Sequence record: OQ992562.1 | Length of the DNA stretch: 64,000 nt | Direction: 5' to 3' (one strand) | In this document: one piece after another, positions 27,813 through 41,768 of the stretch | Layout: each line of letters begins with the position of its first letter | Numbering within the stretch: position 1 is the stretch's first letter | Notes under the pieces: generated by a model | What the model saw: only the letters and a program-made list of their open reading frames with translations | The model's database searches: none | What the model was told of the DNA's origin: nothing | Translations under genes and position numbers: made by a program

Positions 27813-29148
27813 TTATTTTCTAATGGGTATCAATGCTGGATTAGATAAGAAACGAGCATGGGTTAACGTTTTATTTAATATCGTTTATAACCCAAATGAT
27901 GGTGGTGAATATCTATACAAGCCATATTTCAAAGATGGTAAAATGTTCTTCTATAAAGAAGGCGATTCTAATGATGAAGTTGTTTATATCGACGATTATA
28001 TTGAAGGTAAACAACCATTAGCATTTCGAGATGAATTCATTTTACAACCTGGTGAAATTGAAAACTATAAAGGACCAGGTGCATTAAGAACAACTTATGG
28101 TAACGTTTTTGTTAACCATTTAGTATTATGTTTACCTTTTGGTGATCTGTTCCCATTCCAATCTGGTTATTTCGATATTGGTAAAGTTGAGAAAGAAATT
28201 CTTAACCGCATGATCGATGATCCAATTGATGATGATAATCCACCGCGTGCAACTGATGGTAAGTTATATGTATGGCAATATCGGATGTTTGCAGATCATT
28301 GTTTAGCATTGCCAGCATATGCCAGTACCTTGGTAACATCCATTACTGAGAAATCAATGACCTCTGCACCAGACAGAGATAAGTTACGTAAAGAACTAGA
28401 AGAGAAATATAAAGATCGGTTAGATGATCCGGCTGTTATTGCAGAAATGGGTAATGCATTAATCAAGCTAGATGAGGACTATCTAAAAGACGATCCTTCT
28501 TATGAGTTCTATGACACTAAACATAGTAAATTATTTGGTGGCGTGCGTAAGAAAGTATTTGGTATGTTTGGTGGGGAAGCGCCATTCCAAGATGGTACAT
28601 CAGTTGAATATATCGGTAAATCATTGGAAGAAGGCATTGACACTGACCATATGCCAGTAATGAATAACTCATTACGTTATGGTTCATATAACCGTGGTGC
28701 ACAAACAGCCCTAGGCGGTGAGTCAACTAAAACGATTTATCGAATGGTTGGTACAGTCAGGATTATTATGGAAGACTGCAATACATGGATAGGTATTCCA
28801 ACTACTGTTCACCAATTTAATAAGAAAGATTTCATTGGCTTGTCTTATGTTAAGAATGGGAAATCTATCCTTATTGAAGAAACTAATATTGATGAACTAG
28901 TTGGCACTGAGATTGAACTACGTGGTCCAATGACATGTAAGGCCGGTGGTGATCCAGCTAATGGTGTAATAGGTAGAGGTAAGAACGTATGTGCTGTCTG
29001 TATGGGTAAACAAATGTCAGAGAACCCCAATGGCATTCCGGCAGCAGCAGCAGGTGTTGGTGGTCGATTCCTATCCATCTTCATGTCTAAAATGCACAGT
29101 GCTGTTCTTAAGACTGTTAAATGGTCTTATCGCGATCGCATCAGTTAA
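27799..29148 (+). CDS. Virion RNA polymerase beta-prime-like subunit (phiKZ gp80 ortholog)
   Basis: GSYNRGAQTALGG bridge-helix-like segment, Zn site GPMTC..VCAVCMG, trigger-loop-like GIPAAAAGVGGRFLSIFMSKMH; RBS AGGTGA. Confidence 0.85.
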   Translation: MKLRDYFLMGINAGLDKKRAWVNVLFNIVYNPNDGGEYLYKPYFKDGKMFFYKEGDSNDEVVYIDDYIEGKQPLAFRDEFILQPGEIENYKGPGALRTTYGNVFVNHLVLCLPFGDLFPFQSGYFDIGKVEKEILNRMIDDPIDDDNPPRATDGKLYVWQYRMFADHCLALPAYASTLVTSITEKSMTSAPDRDKLRKELEEKYKDRLDDPAVIAEMGNALIKLDEDYLKDDPSYEFYDTKHSKLFGGVRKKVFGMFGGEAPFQDGTSVEYIGKSLEEGIDTDHMPVMNNSLRYGSYNRGAQTALGGESTKTIYRMVGTVRIIMEDCNTWIGIPTTVHQFNKKDFIGLSYVKNGKSILIEETNIDELVGTEIELRGPMTCKAGGDPANGVIGRGKNVCAVCMGKQMSENPNGIPAAAAGVGGRFLSIFMSKMHSAVLKTVKWSYRDRIS

Positions 29149-29153
29149 AATAG

Positions 29154-29179
29154 ATGGAGAAGTTACTCAGCTTCTCCAT
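29154..29179 (+). terminator. Terminator-like hairpin
   Basis: ATGGAGAAG-TTACTCAG-CTTCTCCAT. Confidence 0.65.
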
Positions 29180-29210
29180 TATTTAGATTATAACCCGAAA
29201 GGAACTAGTA

Positions 29211-30632
29211 ATGTCTAAAAAGAATCAACGATTTGGAAAGTTTCCTCAACTCAATCGTTTACCTGAAAAACCTATTGTCAAAGACGAAGTTTTATCAGAA
29301 GTAACTGAAGATAAGCCAACTTCTGAAATTGGTCGAGGATTAACAAATATTGAATTAGTATCTCCTGAGGAAGTATATGCTACAGCAGATGATATTAATT
29401 CTTCAGTTAATACAGTTAACGATACCTCAGAATTAGCTAAAGTTAATGTAAATGCACTGCGTACTGACCATGATATTCCTGAAACATGGACAGATGAAAA
29501 CGTCATTGAATGGTTTACCAATGATGGCATTGCTAAAGGTAAAACTGAACTCGGTAGCTTTGTATTTGACCCAACCCGTAAATATCGTCCTTATGATGAA
29601 TGGTCAGATGATGAACTAATCGATGCTGCTAACCATCGTCTAACTGGTGTAGTTAATGATATTGCCGATATTGCTGATGATATTTTAACTAAAAGGGCTA
29701 AAGAGAATGAGACTACTGAGGAAGTAATTGTACCGGTAGTTAATGAAGATACTCTGAAACAAGATATTCGCAATACTGAAGACAGTATCAAGCTTGAAGA
29801 ATTAGTCAAGCAACTGCGTATTCACACTAGTGATATTCCACTAGATTGGTCTACCCAAGAAGTGGTTGATTTTGTTAAACAAGGTATTACTCCACCAAAA
29901 ACACTACGTGGTAGTTGGGTTAATAGTGTTATTCGTGATAATGCTCCACCTACCGATTGGACGACAGCAGAGCTTGAAGACTGGGCTGAAGGACTTATTA
30001 AAAATAGTAATCTGATAAAAGATTTTAAAATTGCTATTGAGTTACGCGATCGTTTATTCTTACCTACCACTAGTCAAGATATTGAAACTATTGTTGAACA
30101 ATGGAAAGTATTCTCTGGTAAAGATGATATTAAACCAACCGGGGAAGTTAAAATCTTGAATAGTGAATCAACATCTAATGAACCTGTACTTCGTAAAGGT
30201 ATGACCAAAATGAACCAAGTATTTATCGAATCTCGTCTAGAGCAGTTTGCCACTGGTGCTAAACCTGGTGACTATATCACTATCGAACGTGGTGGCGATG
30301 CACAAAAGAAACTAGATGATGTATTCAACTACGTAATGACAATCGAAGATATTGAAGGCTTTAAATCAGGCATGGATATTATCTTTGATTTCGTTAAGAA
30401 AAATCGTAATACTCTATTTAGTGAATCTAACGCACTTCGCTTTGTTGCTACTCTACCTACTCAGAATAACCGTCAAGAAGCACACATTAATCTTCTTACT
30501 CTATTCTGCCTATTTACTAGTGATGTATCAGATGCGCTTTATCAGGTAGATATTAACTATCTTGCACGTTTCATCCCTGAAGGTAAGCGGCAACTCGTTC
30601 TACACTTCTTCCGGCAGAAAGCTGGTATGTAA
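29211..30632 (+). CDS. Hypothetical protein with an internal ~53-aa duplication (gp81 position)
   Basis: 473-aa ORF; RBS AAGGA; repeated DIP..W...V..GI...KT..GS.V...R...W...EL.D unit. Confidence 0.8.
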   Translation: MSKKNQRFGKFPQLNRLPEKPIVKDEVLSEVTEDKPTSEIGRGLTNIELVSPEEVYATADDINSSVNTVNDTSELAKVNVNALRTDHDIPETWTDENVIEWFTNDGIAKGKTELGSFVFDPTRKYRPYDEWSDDELIDAANHRLTGVVNDIADIADDILTKRAKENETTEEVIVPVVNEDTLKQDIRNTEDSIKLEELVKQLRIHTSDIPLDWSTQEVVDFVKQGITPPKTLRGSWVNSVIRDNAPPTDWTTAELEDWAEGLIKNSNLIKDFKIAIELRDRLFLPTTSQDIETIVEQWKVFSGKDDIKPTGEVKILNSESTSNEPVLRKGMTKMNQVFIESRLEQFATGAKPGDYITIERGGDAQKKLDDVFNYVMTIEDIEGFKSGMDIIFDFVKKNRNTLFSESNALRFVATLPTQNNRQEAHINLLTLFCLFTSDVSDALYQVDINYLARFIPEGKRQLVLHFFRQKAGM

Positions 30633-30633
30633 A

Positions 30634-30663
30634 CATATTGCCTCCCCTAGGGGAGGCTTTATG
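30634..30663 (+). terminator. Terminator hairpin flanked by CATA/TATG
   Basis: GCCTCCCC-TA-GGGGAGGC. Confidence 0.75.
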
Positions 30664-30733
30664 CTGATTATTACTTTTACTAGGCACTAATATAGTACGT
30701 AGATAAATATCAATATGTGCTGAGGTTATAGCA

Positions 30734-32650
30734 ATGTCTAATGAACAACAGGTTACAAATAAGAAAAAGATTAAGGGCATTGAAGCCAAACATATTACTT
30801 ATTGTACTGATCAATTTGGTAAGTTTACAGATGCGCATTTCGTTAAAGAACGAATTCATTTTGAAGATGGTACAACTGCAAATAATTTAAGGATGTGGGA
30901 AAACTACCAGCGTCCTTTTTGGATTACCGCAAAAGGAATGCGTAACCATAAAGAAAAGAAAGATTACGAATATGAGCGTAACTTAGTTAAATACATGTCA
31001 ACTCAAATTGACATGAAACGTAAGATTAGTAAAATCCTAGGTGACTATTCGGCTAGATCTCTTCGTCAACTAGCGCGTAGTCCTTACCTATATGGCAGTG
31101 ATGTTAGTTCAACCTGTTATCTGAAGCATGATTATCAAGAACGTTATCCTGGTCTAATCTCTCTAAACACTGTTGCTGGCGGTGACATCGAAACCAACGT
31201 TTATGAAGCTGAGAACGATGGCCAGATTATCTGTATGTCAGTTACACATAAGAACAAAGCTTTCCTAGCCTATTTAAAACGATGGGTTAGTGATATTGAA
31301 GATCCAGTGAAAGAGACATTAGAACAAGCACAAAAAGAAGAGGTATTATCACATCTAATTAAAGAACGTGGTCTAGATATTGAAGTAATGGTTGTTGAAA
31401 CACCAGTAGATATTATTATTGAATGTTTTAAACGACTACATACCTGGAAACCAGATTTCTTCGCATTCTGGAATATTAGCTTCGACATTGGTAGAATCTT
31501 AAAAACATTAGAACACTATGGTGTTAATCCAGCTGATGTTTTTTCTGATCCATCGGTACCTAAGAATTATAGGTATTTCCATTTTAAGATTGATGAACCT
31601 ATGACCACCACTGCATCTGGGGTCACTAAATCTAAAGGACCGGAGGATCAATGGCATTGGATTACAGCACCCTCTAGTTTTCAATGTATCGATTCTATGT
31701 CAACTTATCGAGTAACTCGATTAGCTAAAGGACGTGATCCTAACTATCGGTTAGAGTCTATTCTTAGAAAAGAACTAAACATCGATAAATCCACGACCAT
31801 TAAAAATGATAAGGACTTAGAAGATTTTATTGAAGGTTTTAATAAACAACTAGTTGACCGACCAGGCGGCGTTATTACTAAATATATTAAAAATGTAGGT
31901 AGTAATGAATGGGTACCGGTGGATGATTTTATATTAAATGATAACTTTACCTATGGTGATTCTATTAGATATGTAATGGAATTTGGTAAGTTAACCTTTA
32001 AAGAAACTGCACATCTTGGTGGTATCGATTGGCACCGTGAGATGCAGACTAAGCATAAAATCAAATATGGTCTTTATAACATCATCGACTCCATTCGACT
32101 AGAACAACTTGATGAACAAGTAAATGACCTTGGTCGCTCTATAAGTCTATTCTCTAAGGCATCTGACTATAAGAACTTTAGTTCTAACCCAAAACGACTA
32201 TGTGACGATATGCACTTCTGGTATTTGAATAGACCAGAGCCATGTGTCATTGGTTCAAGTTCAGATCAGATGGTGCATGAACTTGATCAATATGTTATTG
32301 GCCATAATGATTGGATTGTTACACTACCATCATACATGGCAGGTCCAAATGGATTGCAGTGTGTTAAAGATTTACCGAATTATAAAACCTTAATCTTCTG
32401 TCATATCGCCGACCTTGACATCGTGTCGACATATCCTAACGTTAGTCAGATTCTAAATATTGCACGTGAAACATGTGTGATGGAATTCTCAATGATGGAA
32501 GGAATTAGTGAACACCATCGCCGTGAAGTTGGCGTAAACTTAACAGGTGGTAGGGTTAATGCTATTGAAATCACACAGAAGATCATGGGTGCTCCTAAAA
32601 TGGACACCCTGCTAGAGAAGTTTATTAATACCTATAAGAACCCAAAGTAA
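30734..32650 (+). CDS. Split family-B DNA polymerase, exonuclease plus motif-A part (phiKZ gp82 ortholog)
   Basis: ExoI GDIET, ExoII WNISFDI, ExoIII YNIID, polymerase motif A DLDIVSTYP; motifs B and C not seen, so the partner gene is outside the window. Confidence 0.85.
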   Translation: MSNEQQVTNKKKIKGIEAKHITYCTDQFGKFTDAHFVKERIHFEDGTTANNLRMWENYQRPFWITAKGMRNHKEKKDYEYERNLVKYMSTQIDMKRKISKILGDYSARSLRQLARSPYLYGSDVSSTCYLKHDYQERYPGLISLNTVAGGDIETNVYEAENDGQIICMSVTHKNKAFLAYLKRWVSDIEDPVKETLEQAQKEEVLSHLIKERGLDIEVMVVETPVDIIIECFKRLHTWKPDFFAFWNISFDIGRILKTLEHYGVNPADVFSDPSVPKNYRYFHFKIDEPMTTTASGVTKSKGPEDQWHWITAPSSFQCIDSMSTYRVTRLAKGRDPNYRLESILRKELNIDKSTTIKNDKDLEDFIEGFNKQLVDRPGGVITKYIKNVGSNEWVPVDDFILNDNFTYGDSIRYVMEFGKLTFKETAHLGGIDWHREMQTKHKIKYGLYNIIDSIRLEQLDEQVNDLGRSISLFSKASDYKNFSSNPKRLCDDMHFWYLNRPEPCVIGSSSDQMVHELDQYVIGHNDWIVTLPSYMAGPNGLQCVKDLPNYKTLIFCHIADLDIVSTYPNVSQILNIARETCVMEFSMMEGISEHHRREVGVNLTGGRVNAIEITQKIMGAPKMDTLLEKFINTYKNPK

Positions 32651-33018
32651 TATATCAGTGGAAGCGCCGAGGAGGATATGAATGTTCATCTGTTGGTGAC
32701 AAAAGATTCTCGGCTCTTTACGCAAGGCTTCCTGATGGCAGAACAATTGAGGAAGCTTGGCAGTTAGATTGTAAAGGATATCGCATATACTCCAACCATT
32801 GGAAAGCTGGTAAAGGAAAACCACCACTAGACGGGTATAATCCCAAATATGATGATTATAAAAATCTGTGGAAAGTATGGGCGGTATCTAATAAACATCT
32901 AATGGATGAATTGCGTCAGAATGCAAAAGAACATGATAACTATCTTTCTGATGTTTTTGCTTCTACTGATATTTCACAGGCACGTGCTCTAGCAGAACTA
33001 CTTAATGAAGGATATTAA
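32650..33018 (+). CDS. 122-aa conserved phage protein, NADAR-like by motif; only possible start is ATA overlapping the polymerase stop
   Basis: Manual translation (M)YQWKRRGGYECSSVGDKRFSALYARLPDGRTIEEAWQLDCKGY...SQARALAELLNEGY*; in-frame stop at 32635-32637 upstream; missed by the track. Confidence 0.75.
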   Translation: MYQWKRRGGYECSSVGDKRFSALYARLPDGRTIEEAWQLDCKGYRIYSNHWKAGKGKPPLDGYNPKYDDYKNLWKVWAVSNKHLMDELRQNAKEHDNYLSDVFASTDISQARALAELLNEGY

Positions 33019-33087
33019 AAAATGGAAGGTATTCCTAATTAAATATTATCAATTGATCATTACTGCTAACATAAACTTCGACACATC

Positions 33088-33120
33088 ATAAAACCCTCCC
33101 ATTACGGGAGGGTTTATTTC
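33088..33120. terminator. Bidirectional terminator
   Basis: AAACCCTCCC-ATTAC-GGGAGGGTTT between convergent genes. Confidence 0.8.
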
Positions 33121-33121
33121 G

Positions 33122-34636
33122 TTAACTAATTTGGTATTTTAAATTCTGATTACCGTTTAGAACATAAATCTTACCGTCATTATTAAACGTATTGGCAAAA
33201 CCTGCATCCACTAAACCAGTTTCTAAATTACCTAAATTTATCCATCGTGCTAATCGTGGTTCATAATACTTAATTGGTGCGTTATTTTGATTTTCACCAG
33301 CGATTACATAAAGTTCACCAGATGGGCGTATATTAATAGCTGCACCAAGAGGTATACCTGTAGTTATTGGTTTGGACCAATTATTGTTGGTTTGATTGTA
33401 CGATATGATTCCAGTGTTAACACCAGCACCAACCGTACCACCAATAACGCATACGCTATTATTATAAATACTCACTGAATAATCTTGGGTATATTCCCCA
33501 GTATCATTAAATGCTGCACCACTGGTATATGTATCTGTAGTTGGATTGTACATTAATGTAAATCCACGATTATTTGTCGCAGTTGTATCAGCTGCACCTA
33601 ATATGTAGATTAACCCATTAAGACTAGTTCCACGTGCATACCGGCAAGCTATCGTGCCTGGTGATTTTATTTCCCATGTATTAGTTGCAGGATCATAACA
33701 CTGCATATCTTTAGTAAGTACACCATCTGTGGCACTTTCACCACCATAGAAATATACTTTACCATTAAATGCAACAGCCGAGCATTGTTTAACTGCTATA
33801 GGCGTACCAGTTGGTTGTAATGTTGTTAACTTACCCGTGACTAAATTCAGTGTACGTAGAGCAGTATTAGCATTATTCTTACCACCGTAATAATAGACTA
33901 AGTTACCTATTTGGGCACCTGCTGCCATTTCGTTATCAGTTTCAAAATCAGTAAGTTTAATAACATTATCTTTAACGAATGGATATGTACCACTAGCATA
34001 AACCACTGGACGCCAACCTTGGGTTGCAGCACCCGTTTCACTACTTGACGAGCTAGTTATATCAATCGCATAGTAGCCACGATAGAGCTGGTCATTAACT
34101 GGATCACTACCTGGGTCTCTTCCCCAGTTAGTAGTACCATCAGTGCTAATACCACCAGCGACCGCTTGGTTAATACCTAAGTCATTATCTGTAAATTTAT
34201 AAGGCCAGTTAGCACCATTTAAATTAGATACGTGAACATTATAAAGTAACCTTTGCCATTCTGATGTGGCACCAGCCATTGTTAATAAACCAAATTTATA
34301 AATGTTCCCCATAAATCTAACTTCATAGTCACCATTACGGAGTCCGGCATTATTAAGCCGTGATTTTTGTATTGATTTACGAGCTGGTTTCTTTGGTATG
34401 TAACAAGTAACATTTTTATTAGAGAACTTTAACCATGGTTGTCCATCATTGATTACTGTTCCAAATGTCATATTAACTAATTTAGCTGCATCATCATAAC
34501 CAAATAATTCTGAAGATGTTGTTTCACCATACAAACCTAATTCCCTTGTCCCAGCTATCAGTGTTTTAGGACCTGGATAAGGATCGGAATATATAGGCGT
34601 ATTTGTTAGTCCAGAAGACAACAATAACTCAAACAT
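33122..34636 (-). CDS. Virion protein with C-terminal Kelch beta-propeller (gp83 position)
   Basis: Six Kelch-type blades (VYYYGG, VYFYGG, IYILGA, VCVIGG, LYVIAG, IYVLNG) with W at blade ends. Confidence 0.75.
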   Translation of the reverse strand: MFELLLSSGLTNTPIYSDPYPGPKTLIAGTRELGLYGETTSSELFGYDDAAKLVNMTFGTVINDGQPWLKFSNKNVTCYIPKKPARKSIQKSRLNNAGLRNGDYEVRFMGNIYKFGLLTMAGATSEWQRLLYNVHVSNLNGANWPYKFTDNDLGINQAVAGGISTDGTTNWGRDPGSDPVNDQLYRGYYAIDITSSSSSETGAATQGWRPVVYASGTYPFVKDNVIKLTDFETDNEMAAGAQIGNLVYYYGGKNNANTALRTLNLVTGKLTTLQPTGTPIAVKQCSAVAFNGKVYFYGGESATDGVLTKDMQCYDPATNTWEIKSPGTIACRYARGTSLNGLIYILGAADTTATNNRGFTLMYNPTTDTYTSGAAFNDTGEYTQDYSVSIYNNSVCVIGGTVGAGVNTGIISYNQTNNNWSKPITTGIPLGAAINIRPSGELYVIAGENQNNAPIKYYEPRLARWINLGNLETGLVDAGFANTFNNDGKIYVLNGNQNLKYQIS

Positions 34637-34737
34637 TTTGTGTGCGCCTCTTTTATAATACGTAGTGCATAAGATTGAATTCTATACAACGCAGCCTTAT
34701 CTTTATGATTATAAATTAATACTGGTAGAGATATAAA

Positions 34738-35979
34738 ATGCTACATACGATAGAAATCTCTAATGAAGTGTTAGATGTGAATGTTAAGCGTGACTTAGGT
34801 CCATTGATCGAAGAACATCTAACCAAGATTCGTGATAAATTAGATAATCAACAGAGAATAGATATTAATGATTTTAGGTCACTGAGTGATGATGTTTCTA
34901 AGATCCTCAATATGAATATAGAGTTTACACACCTGGATGATCAGGGTATAATGGGTGGTGCATACACATCCTTTACAGTTGGACATACTGGTAGTAAATT
35001 TGACAATATTAATCGAGTTACTTTAGCAACTGAGCAAGGTGTCAATACATTCATTAATATTGATTTAACAAATTTAAAAGTTACGGGTGAGGCTGTTTCA
35101 ACTTTTAAATACAAGGTCGGTTTATCTATTGGTTTATTATCGGCTATTAACCGTGTTAGTATAGCAGAAGCTACTGCCATTACATTACATGAAATTGGGC
35201 ATTGTTGGGAAACACTGGCTACAATGGGTGACTACGTCTATCTTAACTATGCACTTACTGAAGGTATACTTATCTTACAGGGTAGGAAAGCTAATAAGTA
35301 TAAGATTCAATTATTGGATGAAACATGGTTAAAGAAAAACGTTGATCCAGCCGATTATGAGAAGTTTGCTAATGATAGGACTGAAGGAAATATTCGTAAA
35401 GTCATTCTATCATCATTTAAGAAAGCGCAACGTCCGCATTTAACTGGTGATGTTCAATCACGTAAACGCGATGAACAATTAGCTGATTTATTCGCCACTC
35501 GATTAGGTTATGGAAGGCCACTGGCAACGGCATTAACTAAATCAGGTCGGTATTATAATGACCGTGAATATAAATCTGTTTCTAGCCATATTACTGCTGA
35601 GGTATTCAAAGGTCTATTTATGATCATTGGTTTACCTGTTACACTAGGTATCATTGCCGGTAATTTAAAAGTTGGATATGATCCAATTAGTTCACGTTAT
35701 GACAAACAACGACAACGTTTAATGAAAATTAAACAAGATCTAGTAGCACAACTTAAATGGGTAAAGGACTCATCACTAAAACCAGGAATTGATGATGACA
35801 TTAAAGTAATTGATTCATTGATAAATGATTTAGCTAATGAGTGGACCATTTTTGATAAAATTTTAGATTTCCTTAGTCCCCAGCGTCGTAAAGATAAACG
35901 GGCTACTGAATTAGAAGATACTTTAGAAAGTCTATTAAATAATGACTTATTTGTAAGAGCCTACCGCTTAACTAAATAG
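34738..35979 (+). CDS. Virion protein with HExxH metallopeptidase-like motif (gp84 position)
   Basis: LHEIGH at 35185-35202 and downstream EQLAD; hydrophobic segment near residue 290. Confidence 0.7.
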   Translation: MLHTIEISNEVLDVNVKRDLGPLIEEHLTKIRDKLDNQQRIDINDFRSLSDDVSKILNMNIEFTHLDDQGIMGGAYTSFTVGHTGSKFDNINRVTLATEQGVNTFINIDLTNLKVTGEAVSTFKYKVGLSIGLLSAINRVSIAEATAITLHEIGHCWETLATMGDYVYLNYALTEGILILQGRKANKYKIQLLDETWLKKNVDPADYEKFANDRTEGNIRKVILSSFKKAQRPHLTGDVQSRKRDEQLADLFATRLGYGRPLATALTKSGRYYNDREYKSVSSHITAEVFKGLFMIIGLPVTLGIIAGNLKVGYDPISSRYDKQRQRLMKIKQDLVAQLKWVKDSSLKPGIDDDIKVIDSLINDLANEWTIFDKILDFLSPQRRKDKRATELEDTLESLLNNDLFVRAYRLTK

Positions 35980-35990
35980 AGAGAAAAATC

Positions 35991-36440
35991 ATGCAACAAT
36001 TAGGTTTTGAACTTTCCCGTATTCTAAAGCAACTGCCTAACTTAGGTGGTTCTGATCGTAAAACCCGCGCAATGCTCCTAGCTAATGCGGTGGCATTACA
36101 GATTCCATTTGAGATTTTACTTGATTTCAATGAACAACAGGATAAAGCTGTTGCTAAATTTAAGAAAATCTTAAGTAAAGTTAATGAGAATATTGCAGTT
36201 GATACTAAACTAGCCGTAACATATTTTAACAATATTCTTCGCATTCGCCAAAGTCTTATCAACGGTATTACTGATCCATGTCTTGTCAAAGCTGTACTGA
36301 CATCTGATACCGCTAATGATTATCTAACTGTCGATGATATCAATATTGTCTCTGCCGTTGTTAATGGCCCAGATTATAACCGTATCCAAGCAGACATGGG
36401 TAATGCATTAAATCAATTAATCGGTAGTATTGATGAGTGA
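35991..36440 (+). CDS. Head protein (gp85 position)
   Basis: 149-aa ORF in the late head operon. Confidence 0.7.
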   Translation: MQQLGFELSRILKQLPNLGGSDRKTRAMLLANAVALQIPFEILLDFNEQQDKAVAKFKKILSKVNENIAVDTKLAVTYFNNILRIRQSLINGITDPCLVKAVLTSDTANDYLTVDDINIVSAVVNGPDYNRIQADMGNALNQLIGSIDE

Positions 36441-37719
36441 GGTTAAACCCATGTCTCATGTTAAAGAAGTAGATGTCGAAGAGGAAAAACTTTTCTTTGA
36501 TGAGAACCAACCAGAGATGGTTGAAGGCGAAGAAGAGACTGTTTCAAGTGCCTCGGCTCCTGAAATTTTAGCTAAGATGTGTGTAGCTGTCGAAGCGATT
36601 CATCAGCTATCTGATATTTATGCAATCACTAAACTTGAAGGCGTATCAAAACCAGATGTTGATGGTATTCGAGCATTAGTTAAGCGCATGAGCACTGAAG
36701 GGTTTGAAGCTCCTAAGAAAGCAGTAGCTTCACTTGAGCAATATGCTTCTATGTTTACACCAACCCGTAGTACTCTTAATGTGACTATTTCTCAAGAGGC
36801 AGTGATGGCTACCATCATTAATACTCTTAAGACTTGGTTTGAGAAACTAATGGAACTATTTGCTAAGCTGATGCGTTGGATTAGTGATTTTAAGAAGCGT
36901 GATGTTGTTGTAGCAACTCGTTATGGAAAGATTGTCCGGGCAGTTGATCAAGCACGTACTCTCTTTCAAGAGTTACTAGTTAAAAATCGATTAGGTAATC
37001 GAAAGGATGCATTACTAGAAAAGTTTGATGCAATTGCACAATCAATCATTGATGATCCTAAAATCCTAGCTAGTCGTGTATATGCTGCTGCATTTGGTAG
37101 TGTATACTACCAGAAAGAAATCATTAATATTAATAATGAAGCACGTACTGAACTAGGTACAATGGAAAAGCTAGTTGGCACTATCATTGAATATGTTAAT
37201 TACAATGGTGATGATTATCGTGCACTTATGCCTATCGCTAATATCCGTGAGATTGGTAAACTAGCTACCCGGTGCAATGAACTATCTACAGTGTATCCTG
37301 ATCGTTCAAGCATTCCAGATTTCCCTGATAAGAATTTCTGGAAAAACTCACATCTGTTAAAAGATCGTTTTGTCGCACCACTTGATGATTTGTTAAAAGC
37401 ATATCGCAATAGCAGTGATACTCTACGTAAGTTAAAGCAACTATCACGTAATTATAGTCAAGAAACTATTGATGCTATTGGTGAGTCTGTTCAATTAATC
37501 AACACTTCCCTTGAAGGTATGCGTCGTATTACTGATACGATGTTTGAATATTCTCAAGCACAATATCTAGCAGCTAGTTGCGTACTTAACTATTATGGTA
37601 AGTGTGCACAAGTAGTTAGTGAAGATTATAAGATCCATGGCTTCAATGATGCTATTCGCGAATGGCAGCGTCGATTTGATAAAGTCATCGATGACTTTAA
37701 ACGTGGTTATGCAATGTAA
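36433..37719 (+). CDS. Internal head protein with acidic propeptide (gp86 position)
   Basis: Acidic N-terminus; STE and SLE prohead-protease-type sites. Confidence 0.75.
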   Translation: MSEVKPMSHVKEVDVEEEKLFFDENQPEMVEGEEETVSSASAPEILAKMCVAVEAIHQLSDIYAITKLEGVSKPDVDGIRALVKRMSTEGFEAPKKAVASLEQYASMFTPTRSTLNVTISQEAVMATIINTLKTWFEKLMELFAKLMRWISDFKKRDVVVATRYGKIVRAVDQARTLFQELLVKNRLGNRKDALLEKFDAIAQSIIDDPKILASRVYAAAFGSVYYQKEIININNEARTELGTMEKLVGTIIEYVNYNGDDYRALMPIANIREIGKLATRCNELSTVYPDRSSIPDFPDKNFWKNSHLLKDRFVAPLDDLLKAYRNSSDTLRKLKQLSRNYSQETIDAIGESVQLINTSLEGMRRITDTMFEYSQAQYLAASCVLNYYGKCAQVVSEDYKIHGFNDAIREWQRRFDKVIDDFKRGYAM

Positions 37720-37726
37720 AATACAA

Positions 37727-37757
37727 CATAATGCCCTCCCCTAGGGGAGGGCTTATG
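37727..37757. terminator. Bidirectional terminator flanked by CATAA/TTATG
   Basis: GCCCTCCCC-TA-GGGGAGGGC between convergent genes. Confidence 0.8.
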
Positions 37758-37760
37758 ACC

Positions 37761-41732
<3,972 letters not shown>

Positions 41733-41768
41733 TTATAACTCTCTGCAAACCCATATAGGAAGAGAAAA

